A DNA stretch of 64,000 bases from Candidatus Melainabacteria bacterium 17Bon1m (GCA_032128875.1 JAVLKG010000005.1:256001-320000); one strand, 5' to 3'; shown: positions 49,719 through 60,243, counted from the first letter of the stretch. A program made the numbers and translations. Notes: generated by a model from the letters alone, not told the origin.

Positions 49719-50641
49719 TTGCCCAGTCCACCGACGATCGGACCCAAAGCGTTGACGATGGTTACGACTGCTGGTCCAAGCATCGGCGCCAGGATCAAAG
49801 GCATAACGAAGAGCATGATGACAGGCACCATCTTAACCGGCACTTTCGCCGCTTCTTCTTCTTTCTTTCTCTTCAACCTGTCGCGCAGCGCTTCAGCTTG
49901 TTGCTTGAGCGGATAGGCGATGTCCGAACCTTTTTGTTCGGCTGCGATCAGAGCGGATGCCATGTTGATCAATTCGTCGACCATGCATCTCTCGCCCATT
50001 TCGCGCAATGCGATAGGAACAGATTTTGCGAAGATTTTGACGTCGCTGATGAGCTGGCGCATTTCTTCTGCCAAAATCGGGCAAGAGTCGCCGATTTCTT
50101 TGGATACTTTGTCGACGCCCATCATCAAACCGAGACCGGCTTGGGCGCAAACGATGAGCAAGTCGATGATGGTCGGAAGTTCGCGCAAAATCAAATTCTG
50201 GCGCTTCTTAACGCGACCTGCCAGGAAGAAGTTTGGAAGCATCCAACCGAGCAAAGCAGTCGGAATCGACAAGATCAAGTTGAATGCGTTGCCTGTCGAT
50301 GCGATCAAACCTAGAAATACCGCACCCATCGCAATGACTGAACGGATGCCGATATAGATAGCTAAGTGTTGGGGAGTTCTGTAGTTGCCGGCATTGAGAA
50401 GTTCTACGGTTCTTCTGTCTGCGCAAGCAGGCACGACGCTCAATACAAGTTCGCCTACCGTGCGGCATACCTGAGTGATGGTCGAATCCTTCGGTGCGCC
50501 TTCGCCTTCCGGCTCTTTTTCTTTCGGGCGTACTCGGACTGCGTATTGGTCTACATACTGTGTGAAGAGCGGCTGCATGACGAGGAGTCCGAAGATTATG
50601 CAACCTCCGAATGTCAGCATACCGATAAACATTGGGGACAT
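49715..50641 (-). CDS. tadC: Tad pilus inner-membrane protein TadC
   Basis: ELPTIIDLLIVCAQAGLG, EEEAAKVPVKM; follows tadB. Confidence 0.9.
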   Translation of the reverse strand: MSPMFIGMLTFGGCIIFGLLVMQPLFTQYVDQYAVRVRPKEKEPEGEGAPKDSTITQVCRTVGELVLSVVPACADRRTVELLNAGNYRTPQHLAIYIGIRSVIAMGAVFLGLIASTGNAFNLILSIPTALLGWMLPNFFLAGRVKKRQNLILRELPTIIDLLIVCAQAGLGLMMGVDKVSKEIGDSCPILAEEMRQLISDVKIFAKSVPIALREMGERCMVDELINMASALIAAEQKGSDIAYPLKQQAEALRDRLKRKKEEEAAKVPVKMVPVIMLFVMPLILAPMLGPAVVTIVNALGPIVGGLGK

Positions 50642-50643
50642 CG

Positions 50644-51576
50644 CTACACCTCGAAAGTCGTCATCTTAATTAGGATCCAGAAGCCGACGCCTTCCCAGAG
50701 GATAAGAACGATCAAAACGATTCTGGCGATTGGGTGGTTCAAGAACGGAACGATATAACCAGGGGATGCCAGGTATGTCATCAGTGTGATGCCGTAAGGC
50801 AAGCAGCCGATGAATGTCGCAGTCGCTTTACCTTGTGCGGTAAGCGCGTTCATGAAGTCGCGAAGTTTGAATCTTTCCCGGATTGCTTCGGCGATACAAG
50901 CAACAACGTCAGCGAGGTTGCCCCCTACGTCCTGACTGATGAAGATTGCTTTGGTCAAGAGCATGAAGTCGGGTGTACGGATACGAGTAGCCATTTCACC
51001 CATGCAGTCTCTGAATGGTTTACCGAGCTGCAATGAAACCAGACCGCGCTTGAACTCAGCGCGAATAGGATCGGGTGCAACTTCGGACAAGACCTTGAAC
51101 ACTTCCATAACCGGCGAACCGGCGCGGAGTGCGGACACCATTGTTTCTAGAACTTGCGGCAATTGAGCGGTCATTTTGTCCTGGCGTTGTTTTGCAACGA
51201 AGCCTAGATATTGAATGTATCCGCCGATGCCCAGAGGAACACCGAGAATAAATGCAGGTATCGACATTTCAGGCAGACCGCTGACTACAGCGATAACTGC
51301 CAGCACCAGTCCGGATGCAACGGATGTGACGATCCACTGCATTTTGATCTGGTCGTACTTGGACTCCAAGCCGGCTTGCGCCAAAATGCGTGACAAGTAG
51401 TCAGTGCGTTGCTTGAGGAAGATATCGATTTCGACAGCTTCCTGGTTTTTTTCCAGCATCTTGCGCTGGTGCTTGCCGAGCCTCGAAAGCTCGTCAGCCC
51501 ATTGGCTTCTAGTGGCGGCCATGATGATGAGACCGGCCAGTAGAACGAAGACAAAGACTATTCCGCCTACGCTCAT
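50644..51576 (-). CDS. tadB: Tad pilus inner-membrane protein TadB
   Basis: QLPQVLETMVSALRAG, GGNLADV, ALTAQGK. Confidence 0.92.
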   Translation of the reverse strand: MSVGGIVFVFVLLAGLIIMAATRSQWADELSRLGKHQRKMLEKNQEAVEIDIFLKQRTDYLSRILAQAGLESKYDQIKMQWIVTSVASGLVLAVIAVVSGLPEMSIPAFILGVPLGIGGYIQYLGFVAKQRQDKMTAQLPQVLETMVSALRAGSPVMEVFKVLSEVAPDPIRAEFKRGLVSLQLGKPFRDCMGEMATRIRTPDFMLLTKAIFISQDVGGNLADVVACIAEAIRERFKLRDFMNALTAQGKATATFIGCLPYGITLMTYLASPGYIVPFLNHPIARIVLIVLILWEGVGFWILIKMTTFEV

Positions 51577-51646
51577 TCTTTTTACCTATTCATTTATGTT
51601 GTGAACTCGGTGAACAACGATTGAATCAATATATATAAATCCAATT

Positions 51647-53296
51647 CTATCTGAGCCATTCGAGTTTGAACGGCACAGCTTCTTGCTCGAGCTGCTCCAG
51701 GAATTTCGGTGGCAGACCGGAGCCGACGTGGCGGCATTTGAAGAATCCTCTAGGGTCTCTTCCTTCCCGCTCTAAGTGGAACATCGTCGAAATTGCAATG
51801 GTGTCACCTTCCATACCGGTTATCTCGGATACTTCGGTGACTCGACGTGTACCGTCTTCAAGACGTCGAATCTGAATGATCAATTGAACGGCTGATGCGA
51901 TTAGTTCGCGTGCCGCTTTCAAAGGCATTTCAGCTGCGCCCATGAGAATCATGTTCTCGAGACGCTTTGTGCAGTCTCTTGGTGAGTTGGCGTGGATTGT
52001 GGTCATTGATCCACCGTGACCGGTGTTCATGGCCTGAAGCATGTCGAACGCTTCTTCCCCACGGCATTCCCCAAGAATGATTCGGTCAGGGCGCATCCGG
52101 AGGCAGTTGATTACGAGCATACGCTGTGTAATCTGACCTTTTCCTTCCGTGTTCATCGGACGGGTTTCCATCCGCACCCAGTGCTCGTGCTGCAATCTCA
52201 ATTCCGCCGCGTCCTCAATCGTGATGATTCGTTCGCGAGGGTTGATGTGTGCAGACAATGCGTTGAGCAAAGTCGTTTTACCAGAACCTGTACCACCAGA
52301 GATGATGGCGTTGATTCTGCCTTTGACGCAAGCTTTCAAAACTTCCGCCATCTGTACGGACATGGCGCCTTTTTCTACCAATTGTCCCAGTGACATGATC
52401 GACGTACCGAAGCATCGGATTGTGATCGTCGGTCCGTCGATGGTTACTGGCGGAATGGTTGCGTTTACCCGGGATCCGTTCGGAAGACGGGCATCAACCA
52501 TCGGTGAGTTATCGTCAAGTCTTCTGCCGAGAGGCTGAATGATCTTGTCGATTGTTTGGCGCAAGTGCCGTTCGTTTTCAAAAACTACGTTCGTTTTTTC
52601 AAGGCGACCGTGGCGTTCTACATAGACCATAGTTACGTTGTTGACGCAAATATCGCCGACGCTCGGGTCACGAAGAAGGGGACCAAGTGGACCAAAACCG
52701 AACACTTCGTCGAGCACGTTTTGCAGAAGGATACCCTTCTCCATCATCGTGAGCGGCGCTGGGTCGGAGTTGACGATTTCTCTGATACGAGCACGGACTT
52801 GTGCTTGCGTATCTTCGGAAATATTGGTCAAACGCGAAGTATCCAGCTCTCTTCTGAGCTGGTCGATAATTACCTTTTCGCGCTCACGGATAAGTTGTTG
52901 GTTTGCCGAGAATTTCGCACCCAAGTCACCTTGAGGTGATTGAACTTCAACCGGTCTGTGACCGTAATCGGTTTCGTCACGAGCATCAATTCTCTCGATG
53001 TCTGCGCGAGAAGGTTGTACACCTTCAGCTGCAGGCAATCCGCCGCCTGGTTTTGCGGCGCCTTGACCTTGAACTCCGGTGGCCGGTCCTGCCTGACGGT
53101 TCATACCAGAACCACCTGGCGGAGGAGCTGCGCCTTTAGCGCCGCCGACTCCAGTTTGTTGATTCGGAGAAGCTACGTTCGTTTGTTGATTTTGAGCAGG
53201 CGCCACTTCTGATGCCTGTCTTTGACGAACCAGCTGTCCCATCAAAGATGACGCGGGACGTGCGGGTAAATTCTGATCCTTTCTTTCGTCGCCCAT
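51647..53296 (-). CDS. cpaF: Tad pilus assembly ATPase CpaF/TadA
   Basis: GFGPL, SGGTGSGKTT, IEDAAEL, RMRPDRIILGECR, MNTGH. Confidence 0.96.
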   Translation of the reverse strand: MGDERKDQNLPARPASSLMGQLVRQRQASEVAPAQNQQTNVASPNQQTGVGGAKGAAPPPGGSGMNRQAGPATGVQGQGAAKPGGGLPAAEGVQPSRADIERIDARDETDYGHRPVEVQSPQGDLGAKFSANQQLIREREKVIIDQLRRELDTSRLTNISEDTQAQVRARIREIVNSDPAPLTMMEKGILLQNVLDEVFGFGPLGPLLRDPSVGDICVNNVTMVYVERHGRLEKTNVVFENERHLRQTIDKIIQPLGRRLDDNSPMVDARLPNGSRVNATIPPVTIDGPTITIRCFGTSIMSLGQLVEKGAMSVQMAEVLKACVKGRINAIISGGTGSGKTTLLNALSAHINPRERIITIEDAAELRLQHEHWVRMETRPMNTEGKGQITQRMLVINCLRMRPDRIILGECRGEEAFDMLQAMNTGHGGSMTTIHANSPRDCTKRLENMILMGAAEMPLKAARELIASAVQLIIQIRRLEDGTRRVTEVSEITGMEGDTIAISTMFHLEREGRDPRGFFKCRHVGSGLPPKFLEQLEQEAVPFKLEWLR

Positions 53297-53334
53297 TTAA
53301 CAGCTCACCACCTTTTGTAATTTCGGTTTTTCGA

Positions 53335-54516
53335 TTAGCGCTTCGAGAAGATCGCGGGCAGTTTGAATCCGCCTTTCTTCTCTCCGTCCTTCGTCGTAAG
53401 TAATAGCTGCTCTCCTCCAGCGAGTCTGCGAGCTAATGAATCAAGTGCTTTTCCGAGCGCAGTGTGTCCAGGAGCGATCTGACCCTGGTTGTTGACCCAC
53501 TTGGCGGTCTTGGTGTCGTTCGGAATTTCATGGAACACAGGATAGTTAAGGTTCGCTCGGCATTCACTCAAAACGTCTTGCGGCAGCCATTCGGAGCGGT
53601 TGATAACGAGAAGCAGTTTTTCCTGGTTGTAGTGAGCTTTGAAAGTATCGAGACACTTTCTAGCGTTCAAGATGGACGCCCAGTTGTATTCAGTGAGTAC
53701 GAGTACATGGTCGGCCAAGTCGAGAGTCGCGATTGCGCGCTCGTCGAGAAGGTTTTTCGGAAGGTCCACGCAGGTGAATCTGAATTCCTGCTTGGCTGTA
53801 TATAGAATTTCTTGCACCTGCGCAGCGTAAATATCGCCGATGTCTTCCAATTCAGGTGGTGCAGCAAGGATGCTCAACTTGTCGTCGTATCTGGTCATCA
53901 AGTTACGCAGATATGTGGCGTCGAAGTTGGTGTGCGAGAAGTCGATGGTGCTCAAACTGAACGATGGTTCGAGGTTGAGATAGTGGGACACCATGCCGAA
54001 TTGCAAGTCGAGGTCGACGATGCAAGCTTCACCATATTTGCCGAGATATCCAGCAAGGTTGGTGCAGATGGTGGTGGCACCGATACCGCCTGTCGGGCTG
54101 AAGATAGCGACGACTTTACCGGCGGCAGTCGAGACGGACTCTGACTGGTGCTTGAGTTGAATAGATTGAACGGCAGCAGGCAAATCTGTCCGCCAGCGTT
54201 CGGCGTCGAGGAAGTCTGATGCGCCCAGTCGATAGGCTGTACGAATCAATTCCGGATCGGGTACTTCGTAACTGACAAAGAAGTAGAGCTGCGGGAAAGT
54301 TTCCCGCAGCTCTGCTAACAATGACAGTCCACGCACGGGAGCAGGGCTTAGCTCGATCCAGACCAACTTCGGATGCAAACTTCCGATTTGCTCGCGCGCC
54401 ATGCTCCCGGAGACTGTGCTCACGAGCGCCAATGACGGCTGGCTGTGAATCAGATCCTCGATCGTTTGACGCTTGTCCAAACCAGCGTCGCATACAAGAA
54501 GTGTGGTCAGTTTCAT
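53335..54516 (-). CDS. cpaE: CpaE/TadZ: atypical receiver + MinD/ParA-like domain
   Basis: Receiver-like N-domain; FSPTGGIGATT, DLDLQFG; lies between cpaB and cpaF. Confidence 0.88.
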   Translation of the reverse strand: MKLTTLLVCDAGLDKRQTIEDLIHSQPSLALVSTVSGSMAREQIGSLHPKLVWIELSPAPVRGLSLLAELRETFPQLYFFVSYEVPDPELIRTAYRLGASDFLDAERWRTDLPAAVQSIQLKHQSESVSTAAGKVVAIFSPTGGIGATTICTNLAGYLGKYGEACIVDLDLQFGMVSHYLNLEPSFSLSTIDFSHTNFDATYLRNLMTRYDDKLSILAAPPELEDIGDIYAAQVQEILYTAKQEFRFTCVDLPKNLLDERAIATLDLADHVLVLTEYNWASILNARKCLDTFKAHYNQEKLLLVINRSEWLPQDVLSECRANLNYPVFHEIPNDTKTAKWVNNQGQIAPGHTALGKALDSLARRLAGGEQLLLTTKDGEKKGGFKLPAIFSKR

Positions 54517-54601
54517 AGTTTAAGCGTTCTCCTCCTACCAACAGCCCCATCTAATAGTTGTACCCATCAGATAGGTGATGTTCACTCGACCTAAGGGCTT
54601 A

Positions 54602-55555
54602 CTAGCTCTTCGGTACAGAAAGGACATCTTTCTTGCTGCCGGACCAAATTTCAATTTCGTGCAATGGTGGTGGTGGCGGTGGTGCCGCAGGCAGTCCTGC
54701 TCCTGGTCCGCCGGGTCCAAGATCTGGAGCACCGGGAAGCGGAGGCGGAGGAAGAGCTGACGGCGGGGGAAGCGCAGCTAGGTCAGCAGCTGGCTTCGCC
54801 GGTTTAGGGAAAAGGCTGGTCACATCCACCGTAGCGATCGGAGAGTGATCCTTTTCGTTTCTCAAGGTCAAATAGAGCTTGCTAGCAACAATAGCCTTGA
54901 TCAGCTTCTGCGAATCTTCCGGGCTGACTGCAACAGTCACGGAACTTGCAGGTACTGCATTTGTTGTACCTGGTTGCTTCTGGTAAACCTGACCGCAAGC
55001 AATAACTTCTACATCCGAGAGGATGCAGGATGCTTTCGTGTCAACACCAGCACCAACCGAGGCGTAGATGTCTACATGGCTTTCCGGTTGAACAAAGCCG
55101 GCAACACCGGTGTTGTTATCAACTGCGAAAGTCAAGGCGCGCATACCTTCTTTCAGTCTGGATTCAAAGCCAAGCGTCATCCCTTGCGGAGCCAAGTCGT
55201 GTTGCGACACGATCTGTCCCGAAGCGATACCGTATTTGGCGATGCGTCCTGCAGCCAAACTGGCCGAAGTGATAGCGTCTTGCGGAATCTTCGCTTGTTC
55301 GAGTTCCCGCTCTTCGAGACCTTCGGTAGGAATTGTTTGGCCTTCAGGAATATCCTTGATGGCGTAAACAACCTTGCCTTTGGCTTCGGCTTTGCGCTTC
55401 ATTTCTTCGACTTGTTGCGCATATTTAGTCTCTGACTCGCTTACCTTTCCGGTGACCATCATCGTTACGACAACAGCCAAACCGATGATGATTAGGAGCA
55501 TCACGGCTGGAGGCATTCGAGAGAGGCTTAAGAACAACGCACGTAATGGGTTCAT
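54602..55555 (-). CDS. cpaB: Flp pilus assembly protein CpaB/RcpC
   Basis: SAF domain, GMRALTFAVD..GVAGFVQP..HVD, L.LRN, Pro-rich tail. Confidence 0.92.
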   Translation of the reverse strand: MNPLRALFLSLSRMPPAVMLLIIIGLAVVVTMMVTGKVSESETKYAQQVEEMKRKAEAKGKVVYAIKDIPEGQTIPTEGLEERELEQAKIPQDAITSASLAAGRIAKYGIASGQIVSQHDLAPQGMTLGFESRLKEGMRALTFAVDNNTGVAGFVQPESHVDIYASVGAGVDTKASCILSDVEVIACGQVYQKQPGTTNAVPASSVTVAVSPEDSQKLIKAIVASKLYLTLRNEKDHSPIATVDVTSLFPKPAKPAADLAALPPPSALPPPPLPGAPDLGPGGPGAGLPAAPPPPPPLHEIEIWSGSKKDVLSVPKS

Positions 55556-56323
55556 TACGGTTCCCCCTTCTGTCTTCTCTAAAGAGAAAGATTAACCAAT
55601 TACTATTAACGCACATCGGGGGAACAAGAACAACGGCTGCCCTGTCGCACCCATTTAGTCCTTACCCGACGGCGCGATTTCTAAACAGACCTGATCTTAC
55701 CGATACTGGCAACAAATCAGGCAAATCAAGAGGTTGGGTTTCTTGGTCTGTCGCGAAAAACTTACAAAAACTAGGATGCCGAGTGGGTTTCAACCTTACG
55801 CCTTACCGTCTCATAACATTTGCTACCAATGACAACTTATCACACGCGGTGGTTTCGCCGCTTTGCATCTGGGGCTAAAAGGCAAATTTTTTTGAAAAAT
55901 GTAGGTGCTGTGTAGCTTTTTGTTGCGAGACGACAATTTTTATCGGTGTAAGGGCCGTCCCAAAGACTCTTGAATACAGGGTCTTCACTCTCACACAATT
56001 TTCACAGCCGACTGATAAAGAACGCGGAATTAGAACGAACTTTGATAATTGGTGGTGGCGTTTTCGTAAGGCACCACGGATAGTGATTGTCATTTGCCGG
56101 CAAGATCTTGCCAGGCTCTTCTTTTTGTCAAAAACCAAACTTGGAATTCGAGAGTCGCTCGCCTAACTATGCGCCACCACAGTGCCACCACGTAAGGTTC
56201 TTGTTAGAAGCGCCGCGTTTTTTTTATTCGCCACACAGAGGCGGATAATCGGCTTATAGACCCGGTTTCTAAGTGCATGTCTGAGAACTTTAGATGGACA
56301 GGAAATGAAGCTTTTAAAGACAA

Positions 56324-56347
56324 AGAAGGGAGCTTTCGCTCCCTTCT
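56324..56347 (-). terminator. Intrinsic terminator of the flp gene
   Basis: AGAAGGGAGC-GAAA-GCTCCCTTCT then TTGTCTTT on the minus strand. Confidence 0.8.
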
Positions 56348-56410
56348 AAAGCTTTCTGCCTGCCTAAGCGATTGCTCGCTTGAAGCAAACCACTGCGTGA
56401 CGCGACTCGG

Positions 56411-56608
56411 TTACGAGGCGGATCCTGCTGCGGCTGACAGGTTGTTCAATTGGCTGATAACTGCCGAGAAAGCGGCCGAAATAGCGGACGTCAAAGCGCC
56501 TTTGGTGATACTGAACACGAGCGCTACGAGAATCGCGACGAATGCGAGAATCGCGCCATATTCTGTAATACCTTGACCTGATTCGTCCCGAACGAAACGC
56601 TTCAACAT
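56411..56608 (-). CDS. flp: Flp (type IVc) pilin
   Basis: AAGGAGG RBS; MLKRFVRDESG/QGITEY followed by a hydrophobic helix. Confidence 0.95.
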   Translation of the reverse strand: MLKRFVRDESGQGITEYGAILAFVAILVALVFSITKGALTSAISAAFSAVISQLNNLSAAAGSAS

Positions 56609-57076
56609 GCATACCTCCTTATGTTGTCCCTTGCTTAAGAGAGAAAGATACACCAACCGGAACTTTTACTAAGCCCGCCGGCGCAAAGACCTATTCTAAG
56701 GGTGGACAACGTTTTTGTCGAAAATTTAGTAACACATCTGTCTAAAATATTGGCCAAATCCACACCGTTATGTTATCTGACTGCTACTCACCTCCTGAAA
56801 ACCGCCAAATGGATTGGCTTCTCTCTACTTATGCCCAGGTTTTGTCCTGCGCCACATAACCATCTTACCTTGGCATCTCCATAACCGGAAGAGGTTTTGA
56901 GATAAGTTGTCAAATTAAATTCTAGAGCCGCCACTGGTGAGGCGATCGAGACAAGTGCCGCGGGACCCAATAGTGACTTTGGCGGATATAAATAGGAGAA
57001 TGAGAATAATATATAGATCGTCAGATAGTGCGTCTTAACATTTGAAAGTCTCTCGTTACATATCAGGTCGACCTTA

Positions 57077-58066
57077 ATGCCAAAAGCCGAAAAAATCGAA
57101 AGTAAAGGGGCGAATAAATCTTCGAGCCCTCAGACTCTCGAAGCCAAGAGCGTGCAGCAGGCACTTTCAAGAGTCGACAAATACATAGAAAAAGCTTTTC
57201 GAAATGGAGCATGGGGTTATTCGCTGGGCGAGTCGCCGTGCATAGAGCCCACTGTCTATTGCTCGATTGCGCGGCGCAAAGACCATCACATGCGCAAGCA
57301 AGTAATCGAGTTTCTCTGTAGCAATCAAAATCAGGACGGCGGGTGGTCTACCTCTCCTGGTATCGGCAAGTCCGATTGGACAAGCGGATTGGCGCTATTG
57401 GCTCTGCGACTACTTTTCAAAGAGGATGGCGGAGTCGATGCCAAACATGCGGCGGCTATCGATAAAGCTGTTTCTTATTTATTTGATTCACGAACCGAGT
57501 TCTACGGTGCGCTGGCGAAGTTTTTGTTGTTGATATCCAAGGGTGATGCAGGTTTGAACTATCCGCGAGGATGGCCCTGGTCGCCAGGATGCTTTCACTG
57601 GGTCGAACCAACCGCATACACACTGCTGGCTCTCAAACTTCCGGTGCATATCGAAAAACAAGACAGCAAGCGCGTTATCGAACGTGCTGACAACTTCCTT
57701 CTCGAGCATGCGTGCAAAGACGGCGGTTGGAATCATGGAAATGATTTGTGCTTAAAAGTATTCCTGCCTCCTTTTGTCGTTACTTCGGCAGAGGCGTTAG
57801 TTGCGCTTGCAGATCACCAGTCGGCTGATGTGGTGCAGCATGCGCTCAAGAATTTGCCCAACACAATCGGTTACGCGGGATCGGCTATGTCTCTTGCTTG
57901 GGTTGCAATAGCTCAAAAGTCTCACGATCGAGATACGTCTGAATCGATAAAGAAGTTGATAGAAAGGCAGCACGAAGATGGCTCGTTTGGTCCCAACTTA
58001 ATGGTGACCGCTCTTTCGATGCTGGCACTGCAGGCTCATCTCGGCGACAATGTTCTTAAGGTATAG
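57077..58066 (+). CDS. Prenyltransferase/squalene-cyclase-repeat (alpha/alpha barrel) protein
   Basis: QNQDGGW, CKDGGWNHG, QHEDGSF, GWPW, WVEPT. Confidence 0.75.
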   Translation: MPKAEKIESKGANKSSSPQTLEAKSVQQALSRVDKYIEKAFRNGAWGYSLGESPCIEPTVYCSIARRKDHHMRKQVIEFLCSNQNQDGGWSTSPGIGKSDWTSGLALLALRLLFKEDGGVDAKHAAAIDKAVSYLFDSRTEFYGALAKFLLLISKGDAGLNYPRGWPWSPGCFHWVEPTAYTLLALKLPVHIEKQDSKRVIERADNFLLEHACKDGGWNHGNDLCLKVFLPPFVVTSAEALVALADHQSADVVQHALKNLPNTIGYAGSAMSLAWVAIAQKSHDRDTSESIKKLIERQHEDGSFGPNLMVTALSMLALQAHLGDNVLKV

Positions 58067-58075
58067 GAATCTAAA

Positions 58076-59239
58076 GTGGATCACAACGTTAAGCGGTGTC
58101 CCAAGACCGGGCGAATCATAGGGCAGCCTCAGCCGAGAAGTGAAGCGCGTGACGATACGTCCGGCTCAGGGCGTTCCGGCAGCGACACTACGAAGAGCGG
58201 CATTCCCAGAAGAACCTTCATCGCCGGATCGGCTGCAGCAGTAGGTAGTTTTTCCTTGACTGCCTGCGGCGGAAAAACCTTGACCGGCAAGCCGCTGCCC
58301 ACGCCGACGGAGTCTCAGCGCGCTCGCAAGAAGCAGACGCCGTCGACTGTCGCATTGGTACCGTGCGCTTCGTACGAAGACGATCCGATGCCGGAGTTGA
58401 AGAAGTATGCAAAATTACTCAAGCTGCCTGACTTGTCTGGCAAGACCGTATTGCTAAAACCAAACATGGTCGAATTCCATCCAGGCAGCCCGGTCACGAC
58501 GAATCCTGCAGCGCTGAAAGCGGCATTCCATTTATTTGATTATTTAGGCGCCAAGGACATCATCATTGGCGAGGGTCCTGGGCACATGCGCGACACAGAG
58601 TTTCTTCTCGAGGCAACCGGTCTGGGAAAGGCTTGCAAGGAACTCGGTGTGAAGTTTGTGGATCTCAACCTGGACGAGCTGGAAGTCTTGGATTTGAAAG
58701 AAGGCTTTTCTGGTTTGAAACATATGTTTTTGCCGCGAACATTGATGAATGCGGATGTTGTGGTGAGCGTGCCGAAAATGAAAACGCACCATTGGGTCGG
58801 AATGACCGCATCCATGAAGAATTTTTTCGGTGCTGTGCCGGGTCGCAAATATGGATGGCCCAAAAACCTTCTGCATATGCGTGGCATTCCGCAATGCATT
58901 CTAGATCTGCAAGAGCTGATCAAGCCTCGCTTTGCTTTAGTTGATGCAGTCGTCGCCATGGAGGGTGACGGCCCTATTAACGGTAAGGCTAAAGAGATGG
59001 GATTTTTTGTACTAGGCGATGACCTTGCTGCAATCGACGCAACATGCGCTCGGACAATAGGATTTGATCCTTACGAACTTGATTACATCAAGATTGCCGG
59101 TGAGGTTGTCGGCAATATCAGCACAGACGCGGTGAGCGTGATCGGCTTGGAAGTGGATAAAGTGAAGAAAACTTTTGAGCGGCCAGTAACTTTCAAGAAC
59201 AAAAAACTGCTTGCCGAATCCGAGAATCAAGCGAGCTAG
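58076..59239 (+). CDS. DUF362-family protein with a Tat lipoprotein-like signal
   Basis: LKPN, TTNP, GEG, PKMKTH, KN.FG, MEGDGP, D.AAID; RRTFI...LTAC. Confidence 0.82.
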   Translation: MDHNVKRCPKTGRIIGQPQPRSEARDDTSGSGRSGSDTTKSGIPRRTFIAGSAAAVGSFSLTACGGKTLTGKPLPTPTESQRARKKQTPSTVALVPCASYEDDPMPELKKYAKLLKLPDLSGKTVLLKPNMVEFHPGSPVTTNPAALKAAFHLFDYLGAKDIIIGEGPGHMRDTEFLLEATGLGKACKELGVKFVDLNLDELEVLDLKEGFSGLKHMFLPRTLMNADVVVSVPKMKTHHWVGMTASMKNFFGAVPGRKYGWPKNLLHMRGIPQCILDLQELIKPRFALVDAVVAMEGDGPINGKAKEMGFFVLGDDLAAIDATCARTIGFDPYELDYIKIAGEVVGNISTDAVSVIGLEVDKVKKTFERPVTFKNKKLLAESENQAS

Positions 59240-60240
59240 CTTGGCTGCAACTCTTCCTTATACATAGAATGCAAATGCGCGGACTGACGATACCATTCCA
59301 CCATTTTTTTTAGACCGTCCTCAAAACTGTGCTGTGGGCGCCAGCCGACTTCGGCTGCGATTTTTGTATGATCGCAGACCCAGACATCTGCATCCCATGC
59401 TCTGTTTGGCATGCTGCCGAAAATCGGCTTTGATTCGATATTGAAAAGTGGTGCAGCAATTCGTACCACGTCCTTGAGTTTAGTTTGAATGCCGGTCCCT
59501 ACATTGTATATGGCGCCAGGATCGCTAGTTGACGTTAGTTCGCGCTTGGCGGCGAGCATGAAGGCTTCGACAGCGTCCTCTACGTAGATGAAGTCGTGAG
59601 CGCAATTTTCGTCGACAAGTTTTGGCCAGCGGCCTTCAACACCACAAGCGACAAGGTTTGTCATCAAACGATTTGGTTGCTCGTAAGGTCCAAAGCAGGA
59701 ATACAAGCGTAGTGTCGGCATATTGATTTTGTGTTCGCGCGCCATGTAGCTGCATAGTGTTGTGGCACCTGCCTTGGTGGCGGCGTAGTAAGTAGAGGGA
59801 TTGAGTGCCTCGTCCTCTTTTGGCGCGTGTTTTTTTTGTCCATACTCAGACGACGTCCCTGTATTAACAAAAGACTCACAGCCGTGTTCGACCGCGGCGT
59901 CCAGCAGGCGGCTCGTTAGTATGTAATTTGATTCGAGTATTTGATGCTTGTCCTGTTGCCACGAATAGGCTCCATGAGCTGCAAGGTGAAACACCCAGTG
60001 CGGTTTCACTTCCGCGAAAACGCGGTCAATGTCGGTGGGATCAGTCGGCGCATAGAAATCAAATTTGACATGCTCGTTGATGTCTGTGATACGCCATGGA
60101 AATTGATTGGTCTGTTTGCGCAATAAAAGGTGCACATAGTGACCTTCCGACACCAGGCGGCGCGCGACATTTGCACCTACAAAACCGGTGGCGCCTGTAA
60201 TCAAGACGACTTTTCTTTCGTTCGAATCAGGCATAAACAA
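59236..60240 (-). CDS. NAD-dependent NDP-sugar epimerase/reductase
   Basis: GATGFVG, GTSSEYG, YAATK. Confidence 0.92.
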   Translation of the reverse strand: MFMPDSNERKVVLITGATGFVGANVARRLVSEGHYVHLLLRKQTNQFPWRITDINEHVKFDFYAPTDPTDIDRVFAEVKPHWVFHLAAHGAYSWQQDKHQILESNYILTSRLLDAAVEHGCESFVNTGTSSEYGQKKHAPKEDEALNPSTYYAATKAGATTLCSYMAREHKINMPTLRLYSCFGPYEQPNRLMTNLVACGVEGRWPKLVDENCAHDFIYVEDAVEAFMLAAKRELTSTSDPGAIYNVGTGIQTKLKDVVRIAAPLFNIESKPIFGSMPNRAWDADVWVCDHTKIAAEVGWRPQHSFEDGLKKMVEWYRQSAHLHSMYKEELQPS

Positions 60241-60243
60241 CCA

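Noticed and set aside
55875-56138. 87-aa ORF between flp and cpaB (also 46159..46416)
   Set aside because: No RBS or motif and atypical composition; probably non-coding
56172-56187. Sigma54-like TGGCAC-N5-TGGC on the minus strand
   Set aside because: Imperfect -12 box, about 600 bp from cpaB, and no evidence of RpoN or an activator in the window
56676-56722. GGCGCAAAG...CTAAG resembling a c-di-GMP-I riboswitch near flp
   Set aside because: Wrong strand for flp, and lacks the upstream GGCAAAC/GAAA-loop stem
57077-58066. Squalene-hopene cyclase
   Set aside because: About half the expected length and no DXDD motif
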